Origin: Saccostrea cucullata
Taxonomy: Eukaryota
Assembly: GCF_032062105.1 (NCBI RefSeq)
Contig: NW_026939164.1
Coordinates: 62,001-126,000 of the forward strand
Reading direction: 5' to 3'
DNA length: 64,000 nucleotides
The position numbers and the translations under genes are program-made. How positions within the stretch are numbered: position 1 is the stretch's first letter; each line of letters opens with the position of its first letter. Positions 45,801-60,800 of this stretch are shown here, piece after piece. The notes below the pieces were generated by a model. That model saw nothing but the letters and a program-made list of their open reading frames with translations, was not told where the DNA came from and did not search any database.

Positions 45801-48800
45801 GTTACTATAAGAAAGACAGCGTTATTTGCAATCGAAGTTTTTCTGCAGGAAATTAGGCTTCTGTGCACATTTATATTACTCTTAGTATTAAGACAAAACA
45901 ACAGTGCACAAACGTCGTAAAAAGGATAAATCGCATTTATAGAATCAATGATACACAGTTCGGAATTCGGTAGCTTGTTCCTGATTTGTGTATAATACGA
46001 GGGTCGTTCAATAAGTAATGCAATACTCAGTATATCATAATAAATGTTGAGGCATTTGATTTTATTTTTTCATATTTGAAAAGTTCTATTTAAGATCTAC
46101 GAAACACAGAAAACCCGACGAATTTTCATAGTGTCTTCGCAAAGAAATTCATTTTTAAAGTAAGCATGGTCACTACACTGAGCTGAAAACTGTTTATAAA
46201 TGATCTCCACCAAGTAGATGAAAATAAGTGCGTATTTGAAAACTGCGATTCTTACATAAATTGCCGCAAAACTCATATTTAAGATAAAATTTTTATAAGT
46301 GGAAAAGAAATAATCTTTAAGGCTGTATACTTTTCAAATGGATTCAATAATTCAGAAGAAAAAAACAAGGGTTCAAATATAACAGTCAATATGGTCAATT
46401 GAAATTTGTGGGGACATCACAAAATATTGACTTTATGTGCCACATGTAATTTGAAAATGCTATATTAACATGGAAAGACTTTGTTAAAATACTTAACATT
46501 AAATCGTCACAGCATTTTGTAGAATTCGGACAAAGGAACAACAAATAACAATATTTCAATTAGATAGGTGCCCTATTTTCTCACAAATGTCCAAGAGAGA
46601 ACATTCGTTAAATGTGCATACGGTTTACTTAAAAACACATATTTAAACAAAATTGAAGAATTAATTAACTTGCTTAATGTATGACGAAACATTTGTGCTC
46701 TTATCATAGTCGTAAATATGATTAATGATAAAAAATGAGGAATCAAAGAAAATGGTTCATTTAATTAGGATAAAGAGAAGTAATGGCTGCAAACATGTTT
46801 TATTAGCTTTCATGTATTTAAAGAGGTCCATTAAAACATGAACATGCAACCAAATGAAGGACTAGCAATAGTAAGTTTTATTTTCAAATCGCATAAAGGA
46901 AAGTTGAACAGATTTTTTGCATATGAAGTCCAAAATTCGGTGACCATGGTATTTTTCCTGTGCTTAGCAACGCAGCTGGATATACTCTTAGAGAAAATAT
47001 AAAATTTTGAAAAAAAGAAAGTATACAGGACATTTCAGTGACCCATATTAGTTTAATCGCAGCCACTGTGAGATCTTTTCGTCCCCAAAATACATGAAAA
47101 CAATAAAAGGAAAATTTTACAATGTCAGATATGCCATGGGAAATGATATTTCTCAGTGTCTTTGGGGTATCCCTAAAGATAAGTATGCTGAGGATTTCTG
47201 TTCATGGATTCAAAGACTTAAGACACATGTAACTGGTAACAGGGAATGCCTTTAGGGATTGAAACTATTAAGAATATGTATTACGTACTTTTCTTACTTT
47301 TAGATGACATGTTGCATTATTTATTGAACGACCCTCGTACACTCCGTAGAGAGATATTTGGTTTTTATTCGAAGGTTTTTAATTTGAATAGCCTAATTTT
47401 TATCAGGATGAAAACAAAATATTTGCTTATAAAATGTTCAAAATTTAGGAACGTTGTATGGTGGAGCCAATAAAATCGAATTAAGATTTTAGTATCTACA
47501 CTGTTTCAGAATGGGATTTAAAATTCAAGATCTGTTATAGAAAGTTATAGTTTCTAGTGTTCAGTTGCTAAAGTTTATTTTTTACGGAAAAAACTTACTC
47601 CTTGGACAATAGACATTTTAAGTTAAAAATTGAAAAGTAATTTCCATTTTGTACTAATCGATCTAATCGATCAAACAGTCAATTCATGAAGGTATTATGG
47701 TAGACAAATCAACCATAAACATACATACTAGAATCGTAGTTATATTTTATTGGTAAAAACCATTCTGTAAGATGATTAATGTTAAATGTAAAAAGATGAA
47801 TTGTGTTCAAAATATATTCTTCCTCTGTGATGTTGCGTCTCTGCATTATCCATATCACGATGATATTTATCTCAGTTACACAGGAAAGAGTAGTATCTCA
47901 AAATTACAAAACCAAGGAAGAGGAAATCAAGATTCTTATCTAAAGAATGCCCACGAACTAGAATTTTCTATCGTTTTATCAATTAATCGCTCATATCCTT
48001 ATGTAATATTATCAAATTATAGTAGATGATCAATAAAAAAAGACATTCGACGCATTTCTGTTGTTCTTGTCATGGTCGAATAGAGGAAATTCGCACGTAC
48101 AGCTTATTAACTATTTTCATGGTCCTTGAAGCAATTACAAGAGTTCTAAACATTATATTATTTTTGGTAGGATAAATATATATAAATATGAATTGTGCTA
48201 TATCGTTATTGGTCGGGGTTTTGAGAATATCTAAACTTGGTCACATTAGGAAATGTAGGCTTTAAACCAAGCAATCTATGAAATACATTTTTTGTATGAA
48301 AGAAATAAACAAGAGACCCCTGGGTCGGAAGACTCACCTGAGTCACTACATGGTAAAAAGTTGATATGAGCAAAAAGACCTTGCTGTTCCAGGGAAGTTT
48401 ACAAAATCCTAGCTATACATTGCAAAAAAGACTCGAAATTGTATCCCTTTGCTTTGAGAGTCATTATAATTTGAACATAAAATTATTTAAAAAAACAACA
48501 AAACATTTGAATTAACATAGATCTCGGAAATTATGACAACTTGTGATTGGTCATCAACTTCATTAAACATCATTCTTATTCTACGCATAAGTATTCTGAA
48601 ATTGATATAAAAGGAAATAACAAACACCTGTTTTTATATTTCCTATGAAGCAGAATTTATTCAAAAACTTTAAGAAGATAAAAAAAAACTTGCACTGGCC
48701 TTCAACTCGAAATTCAGATACTAGTATACTAGTATATCGATGATGTTTTATCAATTTCAGTAGTATATCCATTCATATTTCGATTTTGTACTTCCAAGTG

Positions 48801-51800
48801 ATCTTGTAACAAATTAAAAGACACCATATAGTTTTCCACATCAGCTTCATATTTCGGTATCTTACTTTACTTAAGACTACATTGGCCAAATAACAATTTA
48901 ATTGAAAAAAAAGATTACTTCACTTTTCCACCGTGAAATTTCCTTATCTATTTAGATACATTCCACTATCACCTGCATATGGTTTTATCGTCTCCCAAGT
49001 TAATCGCTACTCAAGTACATTTTCTGAGTACAATCAATTTTTAAACTGAGACAGGCTACTCAGACATAAGTTGATGTTACATGGAATTTAACAACCTCGT
49101 TTCAAGTGGCATTACGTATATTCCAAAGTCTTTTATAATGACCTTTTTAGCAAATAAAACGTATTTTGGCTGACTTGTTTCGAATTAATGCTAATTGGTA
49201 TGCCTTTGTTTTTTATACTGATTGTTGACTACGGTATGTTCTTTCTAGGCATCCAATCCAAATTCTGGAATTTCCAAGGGGCTGTGTTTATGCCAGGAAT
49301 TGTATTGTTTGTAGTTTTTATGAGATCGTTCTCTGTTCGTTGCCTTCACCTTTCATTGCATATCAATGCGCAGTTTGATTAATTGCGGACTTGTTTTTGA
49401 GAAGATTCTGATATAGATTTCTTAATTAGGGGTTCTTATTTAAAACTTTGACCCCACTTTACAATTAAAATGGACCCTGGATTCACAGAGATCAGAGAAG
49501 TTCTTGATTACACGTGCTTAAAATAAGGTATTCAGATTGAAGAAATTGTTTTTTTTTGTATAATTTACTTAAAAAATAAAGAAATAGATTGTTTGAACGA
49601 CGTGAAGAAACCCAAAGTCAAAAAGATTTCAACACGAATCCAAAACATTTTTTAAAAAACTGCTTTTATTTAGCAATGGAATCCTTATATTCTAATGTTT
49701 TCTACTATCTAACATCCGAATATTTTTAACTAGATTTTTTTTTATTTTTCAAGTTTGATTCCAAAATAGTTGCTAGACGTGTCTGCACAACGTGACTGAT
49801 TCAAAATAAATTTAAGAACTTTATTAATTAATATCCTTTGTTACGAAGGTAACTCCTTTTTCTTTGATGGTGGAAACGTGTTGGATTTCTAAAGGCTCGT
49901 GAATTCAAACAATGGGCCACATCTGCATGTTCAGAATATTTTTGAATGTACATAATAGTTGAATTTAATTCACCAAAGAGTTGTCATACGTATCTTTTGT
50001 CAAGGAATATATTTAGGTTTCTATTCATGAAGATGTATCAGCAAGTCATAAGGTGCAATACTATTTTTATGCTGAGTACATTGAATGTATTTGCTTTTAA
50101 GAAGAACATATCTTAGTATAAAACTGGGAATTTCTACAACAGCTATCCTATAAAAATGATATAAAGGTACTAAAGAAATATCTTGTTTTAATCTAAAGAT
50201 GTATGTGTTTCAGAGATATTTTAATTTAAATTTTCACAATTGGAAGAGCAAGTGAAATATTTCAATAAACGTTGATTTTTTTAAATTTACTCATTGTAAG
50301 ACCATTTTCACAAGCTGTATACGGATTTCTTTTACCCGATCAAGACAAGAAGCACACGGCGGGTGTGATTGGTCGATAGGGGATGCTTACCCCTCCATTC
50401 CATATAACCCCAAATCTGATGTTTTAGAGCTCCTGATTTGTATTACTTCAATGAACCTTTCGGCATGATTATTGTCAGGAATCTTCATATTTCATTTAAA
50501 AAACATGAGACAAATGATGACACCGCATAGGTACCAACTGCACCCCGTCATAATCAGATCTAATTTTGTATTCATATGATGCAGAATTTGTCCAAAATCT
50601 TATATGTGAAAAAAGGAAACACTTGCTGTGGCCTCCAACTTGACATTTAAATGGGTTATTTCCGCTCTTATATGTCGATGCGATATATCCCGATGAGCTT
50701 GAGATAAAAGATACCACAGAGCCTGACTATCTGTTTCATATTTAGATATTTTGCTTGAAAAGACTATAAATGGTAATCCAGCAACCAAGTTTTATAACAA
50801 ACGAGATGAATTTAACTTTTCAATTATAAACTTCCTTTACTTTTTCAACAATATGCCTCATTAACCTGCATAAGGGGGTAATATTTCTCATTTGATTCGA
50901 TGCGCAAGAGCATGCCCTACGTATAAACAATTTTTAAAACGAGGTAAATTATTGATACACAAGTTGATGAAACAAGAATATCAGCAGTCTCGTTTAAAGC
51001 CATCATTTTGGTAAGTTCTATGGTCCACACAACGACCTTGTCAGCAAATATAATTTATCATTAAGTCAAATGTTGACTGACGTTTTTCATACTAATTGTA
51101 AGCCCATTATTTATACACTCAATTGACGACAGATTTTTTTTTTCGTTATTTCCCGATCATGACAAAGCTTTTTAAAACGATGAATTATAAATTGCTCTGT
51201 AAAACATTTCAAGGAATTTATTTTAAAATTTGTTTACATATTATTTATATAAATTCATTAGGACATTTTTCCTAATAGGAAAATGCTCAAATCCTAAACA
51301 CCCAGAAATGTTTTTTTTTAACCTATTTTTCAACTGTGAAATCAGAATCGCTTTAGAAGTTATGACTTAATTACGGTTATTGGAATTAATTACCAAATTA
51401 AGATTTTAGACCAAATACACACGATTATTGTCAGAAGTGTTAGTAGCTCTAAATAAGCGTTTTTGTTTTCATAAAAACACTCCAAGGTCTTTTTAATTGT
51501 CTGATTCCGAAATCTAGAGGAGGATGGAATTCGGTAGAATTTAAGGGGTAGAGCTTATCATCCTGAGCGTGGATAAAAAGCAATCAGCATAACTGACAGT
51601 TGTAGAAAAATTGCGATATTCGCTCGATTCTCAAATCATATGCCTGACAAGTCCTCAAATTTCACAATTTACGATTTATTGCCCTTATGATTTATAATAC
51701 GAGATCATTTTTGGTCAATATTCCAAGTGTCTTGTTTCAGTGCTTGGTACTGAGCAGCGACGCGTGTGCGCGAGTAATTTCCGAACTTGGAAGAAATTCC

Positions 51801-54800
51801 TACCAGAAAAAGAGAGGAAAAAACTAAAATAGCCAAAGCGCAGTAACAGAATGAAAGTGGAATTTAAGGTGGAATTATGGACATTAAGAGATTCTATATT
51901 GAAGAAGAAACCTTTGATAGCTGGGATGACTTTATAGCATTTTCTTATACAGAACAATGTCAAATAAATTTTTACCTTGTGTCGTATACAATTCTCCATA
52001 CAATTCTCCTTCCCACAGGGGTGTGGATTACGGGTCGGCGGATCATAAGCGGGCGTCAGCCATGCCCTCCCAGGGATCACTGTTCACAAATTTTGAAGAA
52101 GTTCAGGTAAGAAAAGTTAAAGTTATCTCTTATTTAGTTTAATCAAGTTTTTCAACAGGATTGTAAAGGCAAAATTAAATCTTTATACTTATATCATATA
52201 GCAACTTTAATGATATGTTCATAGATGGTAATAAGAGTTACTCTTTTACTTGTCACTTGCGCAAAAAGAGTTTCAAATCTGATCACGGAAGGAGTCATTG
52301 AAACTTTTCTTTCATGACATGCAAAACTTATTACTTACCTTTTGTAACGTATCTATGACATAACTTAAAAGGAAATAACTTAACTCACTGAAAAGTTTAT
52401 CAAATATTAATAAATTAAACCCTTTATCATACGTATTATTGATATCACCAAAAATTCATACAGTTAAATATTTCTCTTCACAAACCACATTTGTCTGTAT
52501 CTCGTAAAGCTCTTTAGTAAAATTATCATAGGCGTTATTTTGTGGTGTGAAACAAACGAAAGAGGATTGAATCCAATTTACATTATAGCCGTTAGATCAT
52601 AAAAAATTTGATTTCTATTGTGTTGTTTACTCAGATGAATCATATTAAAAAAGTGGTTTTCGCTGAAACTATCTTTAGCTTTATTATGGTATTGCGACTT
52701 GTTAACTTTAACAACATAAACACCCTGAACAGGGTAAAACACGATCGCCTAGAAAATATCAAAGAATCCTTTAATTTTAGTTGTAACACGTCATTTGATT
52801 GGATAAAAGATTTAATTTATATCGTATGTATAACACAAGTTGCCTACGTCACAATGAATGACGTCAAAAACGTATTACTCTGCTTTACGTTACTTTTAAA
52901 AATGAAGGGAAAATTCTCTTATTTTCTACACTGAAATTAGATTATAATGAATGAAGCTTATTTCAACCTATGTTATACGATATAACATAACTTGGGGCAG
53001 TTTACGCTTTTTATAAACCGCTTCGCTCTACCAATAATAAACTGATAATGCCGCTACTATACGATGTTCATTTAAGGCTTCCTTAAGTGATTTGTTTACA
53101 CCTTGATAAATGTCCAGTTCGAGAATTTTTCACATATACTGAGACGTCATCATAAAATTCAACCAAAGACTTTTGATTTGGCATTCAGAGCAGTTGAGCA
53201 ACGAAAATTCATTATCGTGCAAACGCCTGCCGTAAGATGGGACCTCTATCTGTTTAAATAAGTCTCACTCGAAACATCCAATACTCGAATACTCTTGAAG
53301 TACACGGTCCCTTGCAGTCTCTTTTATTCAATAATGACAAATGTGTTTATTTGTCTCAGTACAAGCCATAAAACGAACTAAGTGAAACATAGAATCTGTA
53401 TTTTATTTGTCATTTATTGGGTATGATGAAAAAACATGGATAAATGGATAAAAATAATACAAGTTTCCATTATTTTCTTCTTCATTATTTTGATATATCT
53501 GATAGTACCGCTGCAGTGAGGATGCCCATCTAAAGGACTAGAGAATAACCAGAAAATATTAACCTTAGATAAGGGTCTCAAACAGAAAGTAACATAAAAA
53601 CATCATTTGGCTTCAGGTAGAAACTCTTGGTTTTCTGTTTCATCGTCTACCAATTCTAAAAATAATGTTCAGAGAAAAGGGTTTAATGCTTATTTTAATT
53701 AAAGCAAAATTTATACTAGTATTCTTTAGAAAGAGGAACTCCATCGTTAAAGCATAAACAACAAATAGAGCTGATAAATCCAAGAATTTTTCTTCTTTAT
53801 ACATAAAATGGCTACGAATATCTTTATAAAACCCTTCCAAATTTTTGAAATTTACAGTTACGTCTTCCACATATTGGTTAGAAAAAATCTTTTCACCACA
53901 AAACTGTGAACGTTTATTTACAATAAAATGGGACCAGGCAATGACTTCCAAACCATTCAACAAAACAAAGAGCTAGGTTTACTTTATGCATAAATTGACC
54001 CTGTCCTTACAGCAATCATTTTACTTTCATCCTCATTGTCATTTCATATATCAAAATAAAGTAGAGAATCTGTGCTTTCGTTTTCTGTATTGAATTTCGT
54101 TTTGAGAATCCAGATATTGGAAAACAGGCTTTGAGACTTTGCAATGTTCTTGAAATTTGTAGAAAATATGCGTACTAGTATTTGACTACCTTCAGCAAAG
54201 AATCAAAATATGAGCACAGCTCACGATAAAAAAAAAATGTTTTTTGATCTTCAGAAACATATCTTTCATTATATAATTGAATTTTTTGGACCAGAGGTTG
54301 TGCTTTGCATGATATATTGAAAAAAATTCAACTTAAGACCATCTTCAAAGGAATTTACAAGGTATGAGGTAGATGACGCATTTTACGGCGCCATAATGCA
54401 TCGACTACTGGGAAAATTACGTCAATCTTGGATACATGGTCACCAAGAGTCCAAGTGATAAATACTGCATTTTCAACCTACACGAAGCAGTTCTGAGTTT
54501 TCAGAAATTCTCAGGGGCAAAAAGGTCCTAAGTGGCTCTTGCTCTTTATGCAAAAAATGAAGTAGTATTTTTTGGTCAAATATTATGATTGTCATACAAA
54601 TGGAACTCGTTGTCACAGCGTAATTGATCTTCCTCAAAATTATTGTCCTAATTATAGTACTAATTCTACATACAAATACACCCTGAATTAGATTCGAGAA
54701 ATTACTGCAATTCCTCATTGAAAATATGTTGAATTTGGGGAATGGACTTTCCAACAATCTCTTGGTCAATATGATGTGCATTAATTACTTCTTTACTAGT

Positions 54801-57800
54801 CGATATATTTTTATAGTCTTGTGAAATAGTTCAGAGGATGTCCGCTCCTCCATGGCACCTGATCCCAACTCTGATGTTTTGGAGGTTTGTGTGTGCTCTG
54901 CTCCAATTTTGTATTGCTTAATGGACTTTTGAGCTTCAATACTACTACTGTATTCGTTATCTCCATATACTTCATTGATATATCAATGTAACTTGATTAA
55001 TTAATGGTAATTTTCATTTTTAACACGTTAATTCGAATGAAAAGTCTGTCACATCTGCCTCATTCATTGTTATCGCACTAACCATAGATCTTAATGACCA
55101 ACTTACAACCATATTTAATTCATTTTTCAAACGGAATGACTTTAATTTTTCTCTTTAAAAAAAAATACTTAATCTTACTTTTCTAGGTACGTTTAATCGA
55201 CCTCTAGATATGATCTTTTAAGGGCTCCATGTAGTTTTGTTTTTGGAATTTATGAGATAGACCACTTCGTGATCGTGATCCACCTACATTTGTATTTCAC
55301 TGAAACACCCAACACCAAGTAAAGTGCAGTGGATATGTCCTTTTGTTTTAGAATCTAGACGGTTTTAACAACAATTTGATCACGTTCTTTCATATTTATA
55401 TTGGTACAAATTTTTAACTGCTTTAAACATTAGAAAACATATATATGATCTTTTGATAATCGTATAAATTGTCTCGTTGTGTTTTTGTTGGTTCAAAAAT
55501 TAAAATCTTGAGAAAATAATTAACCACATCCCTGAAACTGTAACAGCAATTCAAACTTTAAAAAGAATTTTACTAATACATATTTTTTCTTGCTTATTTC
55601 AAATATGTTTAACTTTGTGCGCACAAACTTTTTCTGAGTCGACAGTTCCATCTGTAAGATGTTAGAAATGAATTATAAACTTAAGATATCAACAATAAAA
55701 AAGATCCACATGAGAAGAATAAATCCCTGCTTTGATTTCAATTCAACATTTAGTTATATGGTCATGTTACAGTTATTTTCATTCATATTATGTCAATTCG
55801 ATATATACCAGTGAACTCGAAAAAAGGCACCACAGAGTCTACCCTATCTAAATCATACTTGGGTGATTTACTGATGACAGACATTAATGGGCAACTAACA
55901 ACTTATTAGACGGCAGACTTTCAATGTTCATTTATCACCTGCATATAGTGCTTACGCCCCCATCTACGGAAGAACCGAAAACAGTAGGGTTGGGATTCAG
56001 GGCGTTTGCTTCTTGGTCGTGAGGTCCGGATTCCATTCTAGATTCACCTATCCGCAACAAACGTACGGCGCCAACATAGGCAGTGACTTTTCCTTCACTA
56101 AGCACCCAGCATAAGAAGTGAAAGGCACGGGTCTTTCGACTCGAGACCTACAAAACATTCATTAATTTCAGTAATTCAGAAGTGATAAAAGAATTAGATT
56201 ACACGATCAGTATGCACTGGTCCCTGCTGATATTTAGCAGGCAATAACATTGTCTTTGCTTGTAAGGCTTGTAGGGAACTGGGATTTAATTCTTCAAGAG
56301 AAAATCCAAGTAATGCAACTTATACCCATAGTCCCCTTTCTAAGGATGAAATTCTTCAAAATCATATGTCAGTTTTAGATATTTTTAAAATTTCCAATTG
56401 CAACAACCAAAATGAATTTGAATCATCATGTCTATACCCGGTATTGAATTCCGAAACTTCTTAAAAATCCTGACAAACAAAGATACATAGCGGGTTCCAA
56501 TAAATGTTCTACCAAAACTCTTTCTTTACTGCTCACTAAAATCACTAAAATATTAACAGTAGTGAGGGATTATCTACAGAGGTATTGAAACAGTATATTC
56601 GAGAAGTAGTGTAAATCAAATGTGGATACTTAAAAATTCTTTTTTGGAACTTTGGAACTTTGGGAACCTTTGAAATCACAAGATTTTACCAAAATCAACA
56701 ACATAAAAAAGTATGACTTTTCAACTTTATATCAGTCCAGTCCAAAGACTATTTCTATTTACGTAGCTATTAATAGATACGTAGGTATTTGAACCTACTT
56801 AAAGTAGCTATTTTTATCTACTTTTTGTATTATCTGCATTTTTCAGAACGGCGCAACATGGTGAATACCATATATTTTGTTACAATCACACTTATGATGA
56901 ATACTACGAAATGTTGGTCAAAAATGATTACTTCCGAAATCTTCAGTTTTACATCAGTTTTACATCAGTTTCTATGCAAAATTGTTTAATTTACGAAGTA
57001 AGCATTTTTTGGTCAAATTTATGACATATCCATCATCAGTGTGACTGTATCAAGAAATTTGGTACTTACCATATTGCGCCGTTCGGCCGTTTGCCCAAAA
57101 ATCCAAGTAAAGCAGAAAGTAGGTAAAAATAGCTACTTTGGGTAGGTTTAAATACCTACGTAGCTATTAATAGCTACGTAGGTAGAAATAGTCTTTGGAC
57201 TTGACCTGATACAACCATTCCCCACGATAAATTTAAATCCAGATTTTTTGATTGACAGTTTTTTCAGATAAAAATGGAACTGTTAATTGTTTTTACACTG
57301 TGATTTTTGTCATTTTTAAAATTATTTTGTTAAAACATTCTGATTATACACATAAGTACTCTGAAGTTGATATTTAAAAGATAATTGAGTTTCTGATTGA
57401 CATTATCTTTGTGGTTTTTGGAAACCAGGTCTTCCAACAATCTATAAGCAGTATATACATGTATTTGATAATTTCATCTCATTTATACCTAAGAAATGTT
57501 TGGAATTTTTAATCAGCTTACAGACGAAGAGAGGGTATACCTCAATGCTGCTTCAATGGGGGATGTTGGGATCGTCCGTCAGTCTTTGGAGGAACCGGAC
57601 GGGGCCCTAAACGTTAACTGTGTGGATTACATGGGAAGAAATGCCCTCCATCTCGCCATAGACAGCGAGAAGATCGGCGTTATTGAGATCCTCATCGACA
57701 ACTTGAACTTTAACTGCATAGAGGAAGCGCTGCTTCATGCAATTAGTAAAGGCGCAACGAAAATCGTTAAGTTAATCATTGAACATCCTAATTTTATGGC

Positions 57801-60800
57801 GGGAGAAGACAGGTTCAAAAGTTTTGGAGTAACCGAGGCATTTTTCAGGACAGAAGAGAAAAGTCAATTTCCTCCAGACATAACACCTTTAATTTTAGCT
57901 GCTCACTACAATAATCATGAAATTGTACAAATGTTTTTGTCTAGGAATCATAAAATAGAAAAACCACATAGTATATCATGCAAGTGCACGGACTGTGCTA
58001 CAAAACAGAACTATGATGCTCTAAAACGTTCTCGGTCACGGTTGAATGCATATCGGGCTCTGGCTAGCCCGGCGTATATGGCACTTTCTAGTCCTGACCC
58101 TATTATGACGACGTTTGAACTTCGACAGGAAATGATGAAACTGGCAGAGGTGGAGAAAGAATTCAAGGTGAGTATATTTTAAATTCTTATGATGTGAAAT
58201 AAACGTTTATTTATTTAACTTATTTATATTTCATTGTTAGAAAAGGTTTGTACAACTAAATACATAGTTAATTTAAAAATATTCATATAACATATTTCTT
58301 ATGTTGTTCAATTCTTGTTTGTTTAATCTTGTTCTCTCTTTCAAAACGATTTTAAGATTCTGGATCTTTCCATTTAACACTATAAAAGATCCAAGCAATC
58401 CATATTATTAAAATACGTAGATAGTTGCAAAATGTATCCATTCAATATGAACAAATAATGAAAAACAAGATTAATACGACAAATTCTATTCCAGACTTGG
58501 TATAACGCTTTTGTAAATGGCAATTTAGAGATCAAATACATCAGATTAACAATATATAGGGTCAGTTTTAATTCAATAGTCCGACAATTTCCTGACTAAT
58601 TCAGAGAAAGTGGATCAGATTCCACCGAGATGTAATACCACAAAGTCAACCTCAGATACACTGTGAAATAGTCAACAGATATAACGTTCACCGTAAGGCA
58701 TGTTGTAATTGGATAGTATATTGTTATGGGACTGATCAGATAGGTTCAATGACCTTTACTGGTTTTTTTTTTTATTCATGGATATTTATGCTTAAGGCAT
58801 CTTTAATCAAAACAGGTCTTAAACCAGAAAAGAGACAAAACAATTTTGTTTTTTAAATGTACTTTATTTTTATTTTTCCTTGAAACATATACTTTCTTGT
58901 CTTTGTGTTACATTAAACGTTACTGTTATATATGTTTAACTTGATAAAGTCTAAACTTTTAATGTTAAAGTTGAATGCATATACATCTTGGAAATCTATT
59001 AAAGCAAGTCCATTTTTTTTCTCCATATAACAATATATTAGAAAAATGAATAATTCCAACACAGCAAACTAAAAATTGTTTGAAATCAAACAACTGTATT
59101 CTTTTCTAGCTGAATTTGTCAAAATATAAATAAAATGCCTTATATACATTGATTTCAACCTAAGTTAACTCAAATCCTTAATTAGGCTTTTTTTAAATAA
59201 AAAAATCGTTTCACGACTACGAGTCATTGAGGTCGTCTTACTATTCTTTTTTATTTTCATCGTGTGCCACCTCCGTATCGTAAACTGAAAACTAAATATT
59301 TCCAGCTTCTTCTCTAGGGGACTGAAGAAGTTTCCTTTTTTTAAAAACCAATTTGGTATAAAGAATTGTAGGATGATAGTAAACGAACAGTTTGCAATTT
59401 CATGGTCCTCGCCTGCCACATGGCATGGACTTTTTAGGACGCATTTTAGGGTTTTAAAAAAATTGAGACAGTTAAAGAAACAAACTGTGCGGCAAAATGT
59501 TTTCAGGGGATGCTTACTCCTCCACGGCACCTGATCCCATCTCTAACGTTTCTAGAGGTCTGTGTTTGCCCTGCTTCCGATTGGTATCCTTTGTTTCAAT
59601 AGATTTTTAAAATGTTTTTTTTTTTTTTAGATATTTTCTTCTTAACATTTATAATTTTTGAAATAAATTCATAATACAGGTATAAATATTTTTTTTTTAA
59701 AAATAAGTTAACTTATACAAAAGAGGATAATGATTGTTTATCGCAATTCAACAGTTTGTTGGAAGACCTAGTCTCCAAAGATTACATAAATGTTATCAAT
59801 GAAGAACTGCGGCATCCCTTTAGTACCAGCTTAAGAGTTCTGTTGTGTAGAATAAGAATGGCTTCGACAAAGTTACTCTGTTTATGACTAATCACAAGAA
59901 AAAAAAATCCTAGTTCCATGTAAGATGCAATTTTCTATATGATCTCAAGAAGTTTAGTTTATACTTTATTGTGGGGAATAACATAAAATGGCATTTGTAA
60001 AATGACATTGGGTAACGATAATGAACAGTGATCCATCTTGTTAAAAATCAAACAATACAAATCTATAAAAAGGGCATAAATACGGACTCCTGGATATTCC
60101 AGATATTCTAAAGAGGGGATTAGAAGCCTAGGAGGAGTAGTCTTGCCCTGTTTACTATGATCCATATGTCAATTCAATTTTAATAACTTCTCTGTCCATA
60201 AGATATCTTTGAATTCCATTAATATAATGTATAGAAACTGGTTTGTGAAAAAGCCATATTCAGGTTATACTCTTTAACAAACAAATCTTGAATCTAGAAG
60301 TAGTTTTTTTCTGTATGTTGAAAATTTATATAAAAAAAACTTAAAATTTTATTCTCAACCGTAAAAAAATTATGGATGTTAACTTGTTAATCATTTATTA
60401 AGAAAACCAGGTTTGAAAGTTGAACTCCAAAATAAATTTTTGTTTGATGTTTACTGATTTATTTTATTTGGAACGAATGTATGCAAACATGGCAGATTTG
60501 CCTAAAGCATTTCTCTTTTATAAAAACGAAGAATAATACCACATTTTATTGCAAGTCTAATGGCAATCTTTCGGGTTCAATATTGTATCAGATACAGTGT
60601 TTTGCAGAATGAATACCTTGCACTGCTGGAACAGTGTATGAACTTTGCCTGTGAGTTGATAGATCTCTGCCGAGGTACACAGGAAGTGGAGGCCGTCGTA
60701 AGTGAGGGAACCGGATGTGGAGAGCCTCTTGCAAGACTTAAAATGGCAATCAGATATCAGGAAAAGAAGGTGAAAGTTATTTACTATCAGATAAAATAAT

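Noticed and set aside
47122-47255. GCCATGG-initiated ORF MGNDISQCLW... that looks like a myristoylated peptide or alternative TRPC first exon
   Set aside because: It lies inside the mariner TIRs and matches a mariner transposase C-terminus.
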